Shown piece after piece: positions 8,103-17,866 of a DNA stretch of 32,191 nt. The first letter of the stretch is position 1. Each line of letters opens with the position of its first letter. Below the pieces are notes generated by a model. It was not told the DNA's origin. It did not search any database and was given only the letters and a program-made list of their open reading frames with translations. The translations under genes and the position numbers were made by a program. Source of the stretch: a virus (Duplodnaviria; Caudoviricetes); the IMG/VR virus record IMGVR_UViG_3300010005_000043, positions 1 through 32,191 of that record; one strand, 5' to 3'.

Positions 8103-8198
8103 CCCGCCCCGGGCATCAGATGTCTGGGGCCTTTGGGGCTGGGAACCGGCGCTGGGGTTTTTCGTACATTTTTCCAATTCAAAAGTTGAGGGTATGCG

Positions 8199-8585
8199 AT
8201 GGCAAAGCCACGCACGCCGAAGGCAAAAGCTGCGGTAACGGGGCAAGCCGCGGTTCGCAGGAAAAAATTCGAGGAGCGCCATGAGCCGGTTGTCGCTGAC
8301 GCTGTCGGCGAGCCGTTCGAGTGGTTGAATGAATTCGCGCAGAAAGCATGGCGCGAGATTGCATCTGAGGTGCCCTGGCTCAACTCGAGCCACCGAGGTC
8401 ATCTGGCGATCGCCGCGAACATCCGCGGGCGAATGATGAAGGGTGAAGACGTTGGCGTGCAAGCCATGAACCTTCTGCGTCAGTGCTACGGTCAAATGGG
8501 GGCGACACCGGCCGATGCCAGCAAGGCTGGAGCAAAACCGGATGGCGAGCGCAAAGACCCGGCCGACGAGTTCTTCGACGAGTAA
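8199..8585 (+). CDS. terS: Terminase small subunit
   Basis: Position; basic N-terminus, AWREI...W and GATPADASK motif typical of P27-like TerS. Confidence 0.8.
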   Translation: MAKPRTPKAKAAVTGQAAVRRKKFEERHEPVVADAVGEPFEWLNEFAQKAWREIASEVPWLNSSHRGHLAIAANIRGRMMKGEDVGVQAMNLLRQCYGQMGATPADASKAGAKPDGERKDPADEFFDE

Positions 8586-10482
8586 CATCCCTTCGCACTT
8601 TGACCCAGTATACCCAACTGGTCCGGTTGATGAATACGCGGAAAAGGTAATCAAGGGCGACATCGTTGCCGGACCACATGTGCGGAACGCATGCCGTAGG
8701 CATCGTGACGACCGTCTCAACGGTCCAGCGCGCGGCGTCCACTGGGACCCTGCGGCCGCAGATCGCGTTTTGCGATTCTTCCCGGCGGTGCTGCGCCTCA
8801 ATGGCGGCCAGTTCGAAGGGCGGCCATTCCACCCGCACCTGTCGCAGCAGTTCAAGATCGGCTCCATCTTCGGATGGAAGCGCGTGGAATCGGATGGCGC
8901 AATCCTGCGACGCTTTCGACGCGCCTACATTGAAGAAGGTAAGGGCAACGGAAAGTCGCCATTGGCGGCCGGCATCGGTCACTATTGCCTGACATCGGAC
9001 GGCGAGGCGGCGGCTGAAATCTATGCGGCTGCGGCCAACAAGGACCAGGCTTTCGTTCTGTTTCGCGATGCCGTCGCGATGTACGAGCAGTCTCCTGCTC
9101 TCAAGTCCAAGCTGACCCCGTCGGGTGGCAACCCAGTCTGGAACCTCTCGTATCTGAAAAAGAGGTCGTTTTTCCGGCCTATTTCGCGCGAAGGAGCCCA
9201 CAGCGGCCCACGCCCTTACATCGCGCTCTGCGATGAAATCCACGAGCATCCGGACGGCAAGGTCATCGAGATGCTTGAGCGCGGTTTCAAGTTTCGTCGC
9301 CAGCCTCTTTTGTTCATGATCACGAATTCCGGTTCGGACAGGAACAGCATCTGTTGGGACGAGCATCAGCACGCGGTCAAGGTGGCGGCGGGAACGCCAA
9401 CGCCAGACGACGATTTCACCTATGTTGGTGAGGTTATTGACGACACGACTTTCTCGTACGTGTGCGCGCTCGACAAGGATGACGATCCGTTTACGGATCC
9501 AACTTGCTGGCAGAAGGCAAACCCACTTTTCGGGGTGACGCTGAAGCACGATTATCTGGCTGGCGTCGTCAACCAGGCGAAGGACATTCCTTCGAAGCGT
9601 AACGGCATTCTTCGCCTGCACTTTTGCGTGTGGACGGAGGCCGACACTTCGTGGATTCCGCGGCCACTGATCGAAAAGGTCATGGTCGACTTCGATCCTT
9701 ATGAGGAGCACAAGGGCAAGCCGATCAACGCGGCTGGCCTGGACTTGTCTGGCGCGAAGGATTTGACGGCTGCGGCTTTCGTTGTCGAAACGGGCACAAA
9801 GCGCATTACACGCGAGGACGGAACGGAGGCGGACCTACCGACCTACGACGCCTGGATTGAGGCGTGGACGCCTCGCGATAGCATGGACGAGCGTACCAAG
9901 CAGGATCACCTGCCGTACCGGCTGTGGTTCGAACAGGGCTACGTGCATGCGCCAGAAGGCGCTCGAATTCGCTACGATCATGTCGCCGCGATGTTCGCCA
10001 AGCTCAACACTGAGCATGGCATTAGCGTGCTAGCCTACGACAAGTACGTCTACGACAAGTTCGCGGACGAGCTAGACGGCTATGGCGTCGACATCAACAG
10101 CGTTGCGCACCCGCAAGGCGGCAAGAAGCGTGCAAAGCCCGACGAAAAGAAGGTTCAGGCGGCAAAAGATGCCGGCGAACCACCTCCGTTGGGCTTGTGG
10201 ATGCCTGGAAGCATGGCTGCGCTGGAAACGCTGATTCTCGAAGAGCGTATCCGACTTCGGGAAAGCCCGGTCCTGATGGGGGCCATCATGGCCGCTCACG
10301 TCGAGACCGACCCACTTATGGGTAATCAGTGGCTATCGAAGCTCAAGTCGACGCAGAAAATCGACCCGGTTATTGCGCTGTGCATGGCGGTGGGTGCTGC
10401 AGTCGATGGCGCGCCTGCTTCACAAGGTCAGTCCTTCTGGGAAGTCCTCGATCCGTCCGCTGACTATTCGCAAGCCGCCTAG
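8542..10482 (+). CDS. terL: Terminase large subunit
   Basis: Walker A GKGNGKS, Walker B ALCDEIH, nuclease GLDLS...DLTA and KIDPVIA; start at ATG 8542 after GGAG is approximate. Confidence 0.95.
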   Translation: MASAKTRPTSSSTSNIPSHFDPVYPTGPVDEYAEKVIKGDIVAGPHVRNACRRHRDDRLNGPARGVHWDPAAADRVLRFFPAVLRLNGGQFEGRPFHPHLSQQFKIGSIFGWKRVESDGAILRRFRRAYIEEGKGNGKSPLAAGIGHYCLTSDGEAAAEIYAAAANKDQAFVLFRDAVAMYEQSPALKSKLTPSGGNPVWNLSYLKKRSFFRPISREGAHSGPRPYIALCDEIHEHPDGKVIEMLERGFKFRRQPLLFMITNSGSDRNSICWDEHQHAVKVAAGTPTPDDDFTYVGEVIDDTTFSYVCALDKDDDPFTDPTCWQKANPLFGVTLKHDYLAGVVNQAKDIPSKRNGILRLHFCVWTEADTSWIPRPLIEKVMVDFDPYEEHKGKPINAAGLDLSGAKDLTAAAFVVETGTKRITREDGTEADLPTYDAWIEAWTPRDSMDERTKQDHLPYRLWFEQGYVHAPEGARIRYDHVAAMFAKLNTEHGISVLAYDKYVYDKFADELDGYGVDINSVAHPQGGKKRAKPDEKKVQAAKDAGEPPPLGLWMPGSMAALETLILEERIRLRESPVLMGAIMAAHVETDPLMGNQWLSKLKSTQKIDPVIALCMAVGAAVDGAPASQGQSFWEVLDPSADYSQAA

Positions 10483-10515
10483 CCCATCGGGCAAATCAAA
10501 AACAAGGAATGCCTG

Positions 10516-11766
10516 ATGGGTATCATTGCGAGGCTTCTTGGTCGAAAGACCGAGGAAAAAGCCGTGTCTTTCGACCCTGTGTGGCTCGAATTCTTCGGCG
10601 CCAGGACGTCAAAGGCCGGCGTTCCTGTTTCTTGGGAGCGGGCGCTGGACGTCAGCACGGTTTTCGCCTGCATCAGGGTGATTGCGGAAGGTGTCGCGCA
10701 GGTTCCGCTACGGGTCATGAAGGAACTGCCAGACGGAAAGGGAAGCGTGCCGGCGCCAGAGCATCCGCTCTACAAGGTGCTGAACAGCAAGCCAAACCAG
10801 TGGCAGACGTCTTTCGCCTTGCGCGAGACGATGATTTTCCATCTCGCGCTGACCGGAAACGCATTCTTCTACAAGAATATCGTCCGGAACCGGGTCAAGG
10901 AGTTGATTCCGATTGATCCAGGTTGCGTGACGATCACGCGCAACAACGATTATTCCCTGACCTACACGATCACAGACCTCGCGGGGCGCTCTATGACGCT
11001 GCCGCAGTCGATGGTGTGGCATATTCGCGGGCCGTCCTGGGATACATGGCGCGGGCTGGATGCGGTTAGGCAGGCGCGTGAGGCAATTGGCCTTACGATC
11101 GCAACCGAGAACACGCAAGCCGAGATGCACGCCAATGGCCTGCAGACTTCCGGCACGTATTCGACGGAACAGAAGATCGATCCTGAGAAATACAAGCAGA
11201 TTCAGGCTTGGATTGCCGCACAAATCGGCGGTTCGAACCGTCACAAGCCGTTTGTCATCGATTCCGGGTTCAAGTGGACGCCTCAGTCCATGACTGGTGT
11301 CGACGCGCAGCACCTTGAGACTCGAAAATTCCAGATCGAGGAAATCTGCCGTTCGTTCCGTGTTTTGCCCCCTATGGTGGGCCATTCCGGCCAGGCGATG
11401 ACCTTTGCGAGCGCCGAACAGATCTTCTTGGCGCACGTCATTCACACGCTTATGCCGTGGATCGTGCGCATTGAGCAGTCGATCGACAACGATCTGCTTG
11501 ATGGCGACGAAGACGCGGCATTTTTCGCCAAGTTCAACGTCAATTCGCTCCTTCGCGGCGCCCATAAAGACCGCGGCGAGTATTACGCCAAGGCTCTGGG
11601 TTCCGGAGGCGCTCCGGCTTGGATGACGCAGGACGAGGTTCGCGCGGAAGAAGACTTCAACGCGATGGGTGGCGAGGCCGCCAAGCTGCCGAAGCCGACA
11701 AATGTTGCTGGTGGGCAGGCCAAAACGCCCGCAAATGACGAAAATCCAAAGGAAGTGGCCGCATGA
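10516..11766 (+). CDS. HK97-family portal protein
   Basis: VFACIRVIAEGVAQVPL, PNQWQT, LTGNAF, EEICRSFRVLP, MTQDEVRAEE motifs. Confidence 0.95.
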   Translation: MGIIARLLGRKTEEKAVSFDPVWLEFFGARTSKAGVPVSWERALDVSTVFACIRVIAEGVAQVPLRVMKELPDGKGSVPAPEHPLYKVLNSKPNQWQTSFALRETMIFHLALTGNAFFYKNIVRNRVKELIPIDPGCVTITRNNDYSLTYTITDLAGRSMTLPQSMVWHIRGPSWDTWRGLDAVRQAREAIGLTIATENTQAEMHANGLQTSGTYSTEQKIDPEKYKQIQAWIAAQIGGSNRHKPFVIDSGFKWTPQSMTGVDAQHLETRKFQIEEICRSFRVLPPMVGHSGQAMTFASAEQIFLAHVIHTLMPWIVRIEQSIDNDLLDGDEDAAFFAKFNVNSLLRGAHKDRGEYYAKALGSGGAPAWMTQDEVRAEEDFNAMGGEAAKLPKPTNVAGGQAKTPANDENPKEVAA

Positions 11767-12470
11767 CCATGGAACATCTTCAGGTCAAGTTCGCGCCAAG
11801 CGAACTTGACTCTGTTACCGGCGAATTCAAGGGTTATGGCGCCGTCTTTGGAAACATCGACAGCCATGGTGACGTTATCGTGCCAGGCGCCTTCACCGAG
11901 ACGCTGGCGGAATGGGCTTCCAAGGGCAGATTGCCCGCCATGAAGCTTATGCACGGCAGCGCCATCAACATTTTCACTGGTGACGACATCCCGATCGGCA
12001 AATGGACCTCCATGCGGGAGGATTCACGCGGTTTGTATGTCGAGGGCAAGATTTCTGGCCTAGATACAGACTACGGCCGCCGGATTCACGCCCTCATGAA
12101 GGACGGCGTGCTGGATGGTCTGTCGATCGGGTATCGACCGAAAAAGGCGTCTGCCGGCAAAAATGGTGCGAAACGACAGCTAGAATCGGTGATTCTGCGT
12201 GAAGTTTCCCTGGTCGACGAGCCGTCCAACGACAAATCCCGCGTTACTAGCGTGAAAAACGAGTTCAACCCGCGACTTATCGAAGACGGCCTGCGTGACG
12301 CCGGCCTGTCGCGAACGGACAGCCTGAAAGCTGTCTCGGTCTTCAAAAGCCTGCTGCTTCGCGACGAAGCAGAGCCGATTGACGATCTTCGTGATGAAGA
12401 GGAAGCGGCAACCAAGAGCGAGGCTGAGCTTACGAAGCTGGCCGAGCGCATCAAGGCGCTGATCGCCTAG
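11763..12470 (+). CDS. HK97-family prohead protease
   Basis: FKGYGAVF, LMH, GLSIGY, EVSLVDEPSN motifs. Confidence 0.93.
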   Translation: MTMEHLQVKFAPSELDSVTGEFKGYGAVFGNIDSHGDVIVPGAFTETLAEWASKGRLPAMKLMHGSAINIFTGDDIPIGKWTSMREDSRGLYVEGKISGLDTDYGRRIHALMKDGVLDGLSIGYRPKKASAGKNGAKRQLESVILREVSLVDEPSNDKSRVTSVKNEFNPRLIEDGLRDAGLSRTDSLKAVSVFKSLLLRDEAEPIDDLRDEEEAATKSEAELTKLAERIKALIA

Positions 12471-12525
12471 CCTTGTTGGCTATCGCGGCACGCTCTTTCC
12501 CCAAGAAACATCACAGGAGATCACC

Positions 12526-13824
12526 ATGACGGATAAAACCGCCATCGAACAGGTCATGACCGCGTTCGAGGAATTCAAGTCGACCAACGACGCAGCAATC
12601 CTCGAGCTTAAGAAAAAGGGCGTCAACGACCCTGTCGTTACCGATAAGCTGACCAAGATCGAAGCCACTCTGGCGTCGTTCGAGGACGCTAATCAGAAGG
12701 CAACCGCTGCTCTGCTCGAGGCCAAGAAGGCCGCCGAAGACGAGAAGAAGCACGTCGACGAACTGGAAGCCAAACTCAACCGGCTTTCGCTCAAGGGCTC
12801 TTCGGATCCGGCAAGCCGCGAAGAAGAGCGCAAGGCCCGCGCTAATGAGTGGCTTCGCGCCACTGTCGGCGCAATCACCAAGGGCGAGTTTAACCTGAAC
12901 GCCGAGCAGCAGAAGATGCTGGCTGACGTCAAGGAAGAATATAAGGCCATGTCGGTCGGCAACGACACGACTGGCGGCTACCTCGCCCCCCTGGAGTACG
13001 TCCGCGAAATCATCAAGGGCGTCACCGAGCTTTCGCCGGTTCGCTCCATGGTTCGCGTTCGCCAGACCGCTTCCAAGGGCATCCAGATCCCGAAGCGCAC
13101 CGGCCAGTTCGCTGCCGTTTGGGTCGCTGAGCAGGGCACTCGTTCCGAGACCGACGGCCTGCGCTACGGCATGTGGGAGATCCCGGTCCACGAGATCTAC
13201 GCGCTGGTCGATATCAGCGAACAGAACCTCGAAGACTCGGCATTCGACATGGAATCCGAAATCCGCTTCGAAGCCGGCGAGCAGTTTGCCGTCGCTGAAG
13301 GCGCTGCGGTCGTTTCCGGTAACGGTGTTGGCAAGCCGCAGGGCTTCATGGACGCTGGCGCCGGCCTGGCAGAGAATATCTCCGGTTCGGCCGCTACCAT
13401 CGCCGATGCAGACGGCCAAGCCAATGGCCTGCTGACCCTCAAGCATGCGCTGAAGACTGCATACACTCGCAATGCGGTGTGGGCTCTCAACCGAACCACG
13501 CTCGGCTCTGTCCGTAAGCTGAAGGACGGCGACAAGAACTATATCTGGATGCCGGGTATCGCTCTCGGCAAGCCGAACACGATCGACGGCGACCCCTACG
13601 TCGAGGTTCCGGATATGCCGAGCGAAGGTGCCGGCGCCTTTCCGATCGCTTACGGCGACTTCCAACGTGGCTACACGCTTGTCGATCGCATCCAGATGTC
13701 GATGCTTCGCGACCCATACACGCAGGCGACGTCCGGCAACGTCCGCTTCATCTTCCGCAAGCGTCAGGGCGGCCAGGTTGTGCTCGCCGAGGCCATGCGC
13801 AAGTTGAAGTGCGCCGCAGCCTAA
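12526..13824 (+). CDS. HK97-fold major capsid protein with N-terminal delta (scaffold) domain
   Basis: Coiled-coil N-terminus, GGYLAP, WVAEQG, GNGVGKPQG, YGDF, LRDPYT motifs. Confidence 0.95.
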   Translation: MTDKTAIEQVMTAFEEFKSTNDAAILELKKKGVNDPVVTDKLTKIEATLASFEDANQKATAALLEAKKAAEDEKKHVDELEAKLNRLSLKGSSDPASREEERKARANEWLRATVGAITKGEFNLNAEQQKMLADVKEEYKAMSVGNDTTGGYLAPLEYVREIIKGVTELSPVRSMVRVRQTASKGIQIPKRTGQFAAVWVAEQGTRSETDGLRYGMWEIPVHEIYALVDISEQNLEDSAFDMESEIRFEAGEQFAVAEGAAVVSGNGVGKPQGFMDAGAGLAENISGSAATIADADGQANGLLTLKHALKTAYTRNAVWALNRTTLGSVRKLKDGDKNYIWMPGIALGKPNTIDGDPYVEVPDMPSEGAGAFPIAYGDFQRGYTLVDRIQMSMLRDPYTQATSGNVRFIFRKRQGGQVVLAEAMRKLKCAAA

Positions 13825-13833
13825 GCCAACAGC

Positions 13834-13860
13834 GGGCGGCCTAGTGCCGCCCATTCTTTC
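13834..13860 (+). terminator. Putative terminator/attenuator after capsid gene
   Basis: GGGCGGC-CTAGT-GCCGCCC then ATTCTTT. Confidence 0.55.
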
Positions 13861-13878
13861 CTAGAAGGAGATAGCCTG

Positions 13879-14307
13879 ATGGCTTCCAAGGATACTTTCA
13901 ATAACATTCATCCGGTGATTGCGATCGCTCCGATTACGATCACTGACGGCACGGCACTGGTTTCCGGCGCAATCGATACCGCTGGCTATGAAAGCGTGAC
14001 TTTCGTTATCCAGACCGGCACGCTCGCCGACGCTGATGCCACCTGGTCCGTCACGGTCAAGGACGGCGACACGTCCACGCAGGGCGCGCACACGGCAGTC
14101 GCCGACACTTTCCTGCTCGGCACTGAGGCCGCCGCTGGATTCGCCTTTGGCGACGACGGCGAAGCTCGCAAGATTGGCTACATCGGTGGCAAGCGCTATG
14201 TCTCGATCGAAATCGATGACGTGACGGCGAACACTGGTTCGGCTCCGATCGCGGTCGTCGCTATCCTGGCCCATGCCCGCTCTGTCCCGACCCCGACGCT
14301 GTCGTAA
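13879..14307 (+). CDS. Putative head decoration/virion protein
   Basis: AAGGAG RBS; beta-rich Thr/Ala/Asp composition; directly after capsid gene. Confidence 0.6.
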   Translation: MASKDTFNNIHPVIAIAPITITDGTALVSGAIDTAGYESVTFVIQTGTLADADATWSVTVKDGDTSTQGAHTAVADTFLLGTEAAAGFAFGDDGEARKIGYIGGKRYVSIEIDDVTANTGSAPIAVVAILAHARSVPTPTLS

Positions 14308-14534
14308 TGATGCACCGGGTTGTGAGGCCGTTTCCGCTTTCGTTGAACGGCCTCACGCTCATTGACCTGAATGTGGGCGATGAGCGTTCAGACTGGGGCG
14401 GCATGGAGGCTGGACTTGTGGCCGAAGGCTATATCGAGCCAGTGTCCGTTCCGTCGCCAGAGCCAGCGACAGAGAAGCCTACGCCCGTTGCAGTTCCGCT
14501 TGCGCCACCACCTGGCCGACGCCGAGGACGATAA
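14307..14534 (+). CDS. Small hypothetical head-region protein
   Basis: Coupled start; Pro-rich, basic C-terminus. Confidence 0.6.
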   Translation: MMHRVVRPFPLSLNGLTLIDLNVGDERSDWGGMEAGLVAEGYIEPVSVPSPEPATEKPTPVAVPLAPPPGRRRGR

Positions 14535-14537
14535 ATC

Positions 14538-15101
14538 ATGACATTGCGCCTTGTGACGGCAATAGCGCCGATTATCAGCCTAGCTGATGCAAAGGCGCAT
14601 CTCCGCGTCCTTCACGACGATGATAACGGTTATATCTCTGGTCTTGTTGAGACCGCCGGAGATTGGCTGTTCGGCGAGAATAGTTGGCTTGGTCGGGCCG
14701 CCCAGTCTTCCGAATGGGAATTGACGCAGGCGACATTCCCGGTCGGGCGGATCGATATCCCCAAGCCGCCGCTGGTGTCTGTTGATGGCGTGTTTTACAC
14801 GCCATCAGACGGTGGAGCGGAGCAGGAAATTACGGATTTTCGGACATTTGGTGAGGGCGGCAGCGGCTACATCCTGCCGGCCGTGGACACCGATTGGCCG
14901 GAGACTGACGGAGAGCCGGAGTCGGTTCGCATCGAGTTTACGGCCGGATACGCCACCCTGCCGGCATCCATAAAGCACGCGGCGCTTCTGATGATTGGTC
15001 ATTGGTATGAAAACCGGGAAGCTGTCGCCGAAGCTAAGTTGAGCGCCGTGCCGTTGGCAGTCGAAGCGCTCCTCATGCCCTATCGAAATTGGCCCTCGTA
15101 A
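14538..15101 (+). CDS. Head-tail connector (HK97 gp6-like adaptor)
   Basis: SLADAKAHLRV...DD and IKHAALLMIGHWYENRE motifs. Confidence 0.9.
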   Translation: MTLRLVTAIAPIISLADAKAHLRVLHDDDNGYISGLVETAGDWLFGENSWLGRAAQSSEWELTQATFPVGRIDIPKPPLVSVDGVFYTPSDGGAEQEITDFRTFGEGGSGYILPAVDTDWPETDGEPESVRIEFTAGYATLPASIKHAALLMIGHWYENREAVAEAKLSAVPLAVEALLMPYRNWPS

Positions 15102-15116
15102 GGGCAAGGAGACCTC

Positions 15117-15527
15117 ATGACAGCACTCAGCATTACCGCGGCGAACGTCGTTGCGGGCACGAATTCCACGCGCGATATCGGCACGGCTGGCACAACCATT
15201 ACCGCAGGGCAGGCTGTCTATCTAGACACCGCCACGAACAAATGGCTGCTGGCGGACACCAATTCCGCAACGGCCGCCGCGCGTGTAGCTTCGGCTATTG
15301 CGCTGAACTCGGCGAGCCTGAACCAGCCTATTTCGCTGCACAAGAGCGGCGACATCACGATTGGCGCGACTGTCACCGCTGGCGTTGCCTACTACCTTGG
15401 CGGCACGGCCGGCACGATAGTTCCGGTGGGCGATCTGACGACGGGCGACTACCCGCAGATTGTCGGCATCGCGAAGTCCGCGACTGTCCTTGCGGTCGAT
15501 TTCCAGTCGGCTGGAGTGGCGCTGTAA
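15117..15527 (+). CDS. Putative capsid cement/head-fibre-like virion protein
   Basis: AAGGAG RBS; AGTTITAGQAVY...YYL...G pattern; Ala/Thr/Gly-rich. Confidence 0.55.
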   Translation: MTALSITAANVVAGTNSTRDIGTAGTTITAGQAVYLDTATNKWLLADTNSATAAARVASAIALNSASLNQPISLHKSGDITIGATVTAGVAYYLGGTAGTIVPVGDLTTGDYPQIVGIAKSATVLAVDFQSAGVAL

Positions 15528-15528
15528 G

Positions 15529-15708
15529 ATGTGGATCCGGTTCACCAAAGATCACAACTGGGTGCAGCCGGGGTTCACTATTGCCTACAAGGCGGGAATG
15601 CACCTGAACGTCACGCGCGCCTGCGCTGACGAGGCGGTTGCGGCAGGCAAGGCAGTAAGGGCGGGAGCGCCTAAGCAGGAGGCTGCTGATGGCAAAGAAG
15701 CCGAATAG
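15529..15708 (+). CDS. Small hypothetical neck-region protein
   Basis: ATG 1 nt after previous stop; MWIRFTKDHNW...AVAAGKAV. Confidence 0.65.
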   Translation: MWIRFTKDHNWVQPGFTIAYKAGMHLNVTRACADEAVAAGKAVRAGAPKQEAADGKEAE

Positions 15709-16045
15709 CGGCGCCCTGCGCGTCAAACTGCACTTTCAGGTGCGGCCTTTGGTCGACGACGGCATGGGCAATGAGCAGGCCGGGGATTTCGCCACGGTCT
15801 TCACCGACTACGCCGAGCTTATCCCTCTTCGGGGCGGCGAGCCCGTGCAGGCGGCCCGTCTGACGGGCGTGCAGCCGTATATCGTGCGAGTGCGCAGTCA
15901 CACTGCCAGCCGCGAGGTAGCGCCGTCCTGGCGCGCTCTGGACGCCCGCAATCCGAAGCGTGTTCTGAACATCAGGACGGTCTCGGATCCGGACCAGACG
16001 AACGCCTGGCTCGAGATGATGGCCGACGACGGTGTGGCTACCTAG
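15689..16045 (+). CDS. Head closure/stopper (SPP1 gp16-like)
   Basis: GALRVKLHFQ...DDGMGN...PLRGGE pattern and synteny. Confidence 0.8.
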   Translation: MAKKPNSGALRVKLHFQVRPLVDDGMGNEQAGDFATVFTDYAELIPLRGGEPVQAARLTGVQPYIVRVRSHTASREVAPSWRALDARNPKRVLNIRTVSDPDQTNAWLEMMADDGVAT

Positions 16046-16073
16046 CGGCAGGCAACGTAACGCGGGGTAGGGC

Positions 16074-16565
16074 ATGGCGCTGAAAGCCACAATCACGGGC
16101 AAAGATGCGCTGTTTCGCCGCCTGACAGAGGTCGCTCCGAACGTGGCGAAGTACGCCACGGAAGCCAAGCGGAAGGCCGGCGATGAACTGGCTGAAGCTA
16201 TCCGACGTCAGGCGCCTACGGGCGCGACGCTGGAATATATGGAAAGCATTGAGGCCGACGAGCTCGCCAACCGTCCGCATCAGGAGCGCGTGAGCAAGGC
16301 GGCCGCCAAGGATCCAACGGCCGTTGGGCTGTTTGCTGAATACATTTGGCGTTGGTTGGAGTTTGGCACTGCGCCGCACAATACCGCCAAGGGCGGTGGC
16401 ACTGTCTTGGGACAGGCGACCCGCCGCGAAGGCGGCGGCACGCAGCATCCTGGTACGCGCGCTCAACCACATATTTTCCCGACATATCGGGCGATGAAGC
16501 CGAAAATCATGAAGCGCATTCGTGCTGCGGTGAACAAGGGTGTTCGGGAGGCCATGAAAAAATGA
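16074..16565 (+). CDS. HK97 gp10-like neck protein
   Basis: WRWLEFGT...HPGTRAQPHIFP motif. Confidence 0.85.
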   Translation: MALKATITGKDALFRRLTEVAPNVAKYATEAKRKAGDELAEAIRRQAPTGATLEYMESIEADELANRPHQERVSKAAAKDPTAVGLFAEYIWRWLEFGTAPHNTAKGGGTVLGQATRREGGGTQHPGTRAQPHIFPTYRAMKPKIMKRIRAAVNKGVREAMKK

Positions 16566-16978
16566 GTCCCGAATACGAATTGCAGGGTGCGATTGTCGCC
16601 AGGCTGAAGGCTGATGCGACACTGATGGCGCAGGTCAATGGCGTTTATGACCAGTCGCCTACGACGGCGTGGGCAACCCCGAAGGAGGGCTACGTCACGA
16701 TCGGCGAGGCGCAATTCATCCGTGATGATGCGACCTGCCTTGAAGGCGGTGACGTCTACCTGACTCTACACGCTTGGTCACGGAAGGTCGGCTTTCCGGC
16801 CGTCAAGGAGATTGCTTTCGCGGTCTCGGAATCACTGCACATGGCACCGCTGGTCTTGGCCTCTTGGCGCCTTGTTTCGATCATGCACCGACAGACGCGC
16901 GTTTTTCGCGATCCTGACGGGCTAACCAGCCACGCCGTCATTGAGTTCGCGGCGTCGGTACACAAGCCGCTGGCCTAG
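16562..16978 (+). CDS. Tail completion/terminator protein (DUF3168-like)
   Basis: ELQGAIVARLKAD, YVTIGE, LHAWSR, DPDGLTSHAV motifs; ATGA overlap. Confidence 0.85.
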   Translation: MSPEYELQGAIVARLKADATLMAQVNGVYDQSPTTAWATPKEGYVTIGEAQFIRDDATCLEGGDVYLTLHAWSRKVGFPAVKEIAFAVSESLHMAPLVLASWRLVSIMHRQTRVFRDPDGLTSHAVIEFAASVHKPLA

Positions 16979-17038
16979 GCCGGGCATTCCTCAAAATCAC
17001 ACTGAAGAACGTCCGGCGCGCCCGGCGAAGGAGAAATT

Positions 17039-17473
17039 ATGTCAGGTGAACAACTCGGCCGGCTACTTCTGATCAAGCTCGGCGATGGAGCCAGCCCCGG
17101 CCCGGAAGTCTTTACCAATCTCTGCGGCCTCAAGGACCGCAGTTTCGACCTTTCCGCAAACTCGGTCGACACGACCAAGCCTAGCTGCACCAACCCCGGC
17201 GGCCCGGTTCAGAAGACCAGCCGTCCGGGCATTGTGAGCCGCACCTTCTCCGGCTCCGGCACGTTTGTGTCGAGTGCTGCAATGAAGGCGTTCATGGTGC
17301 ATGTGAACGACGCGACGGTCTTCAACGCGCAGGTCGTCGTGCCCGGTCTCGGCACCTACGAAGGTTCGTTCTTCGCCGCCAACTTCACCCTCGATGGCAG
17401 CATGGAAGACGACCTCCAGTTCAGCGGTTCATTTGAGGCTGCTGACGCGCTGACGTTTACGGCAGAGGTCTAA
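17039..17473 (+). CDS. Major tail tube protein (TP901-1/GTA-like)
   Basis: GRLLLIKLGDG, SANSVDTT, FSGSG, VPGLGTYEGSF motifs. Confidence 0.88.
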   Translation: MSGEQLGRLLLIKLGDGASPGPEVFTNLCGLKDRSFDLSANSVDTTKPSCTNPGGPVQKTSRPGIVSRTFSGSGTFVSSAAMKAFMVHVNDATVFNAQVVVPGLGTYEGSFFAANFTLDGSMEDDLQFSGSFEAADALTFTAEV

Positions 17474-17476
17474 TCC

Positions 17477-17866
17477 ATGGCTAAAGAGGAGAAAAAGCCG
17501 GTGGCCGTAGCTACCCCAACGAAACCCTCCCCGCTTCAGGTCAATGGCGCCCGCGGGGAGGTTGCCCTGTGGATCGGAGATGTTCCGCTGGTCATTGCCG
17601 CGACGATGGGCGGACTTTCCGCGGTGTCGACACGGCTGGAGTGCAAGTCCTTTCAGGATCTGTTCGTCCGACTGTCTGGCGTCGAGGCTGCGGCTACACT
17701 GGCCGGCATCGAACTGCTGACCGTCAAGGGCGATCGTCTGGCGGCCATTGACAGCTTGAGGCTAAAGCACTTCCCGGCTTGTGCTGCGGCGTTCTCCGCG
17801 GCTCTGGCGCATCACTTTGATGATGGTGACGAGGGAAACGTGGAAGCCGTCGAAAAGGCGGCATAA
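17477..17866 (+). CDS. Tail assembly chaperone G (GTA-family-like)
   Basis: NGARGEVAL motif; between tail tube and tape measure; ends ...EGN at slippery site. Confidence 0.8.
   Translation: MAKEEKKPVAVATPTKPSPLQVNGARGEVALWIGDVPLVIAATMGGLSAVSTRLECKSFQDLFVRLSGVEAAATLAGIELLTVKGDRLAAIDSLRLKHFPACAAAFSAALAHHFDDGDEGNVEAVEKAA

Noticed and set aside
8031-13854. Long minus-strand ORFs (8031..8867, 8380..9711, 10708..11565, 12511..13854)
   Set aside because: Antisense shadows of GC-rich terminase, portal and capsid genes; no recognisable motifs
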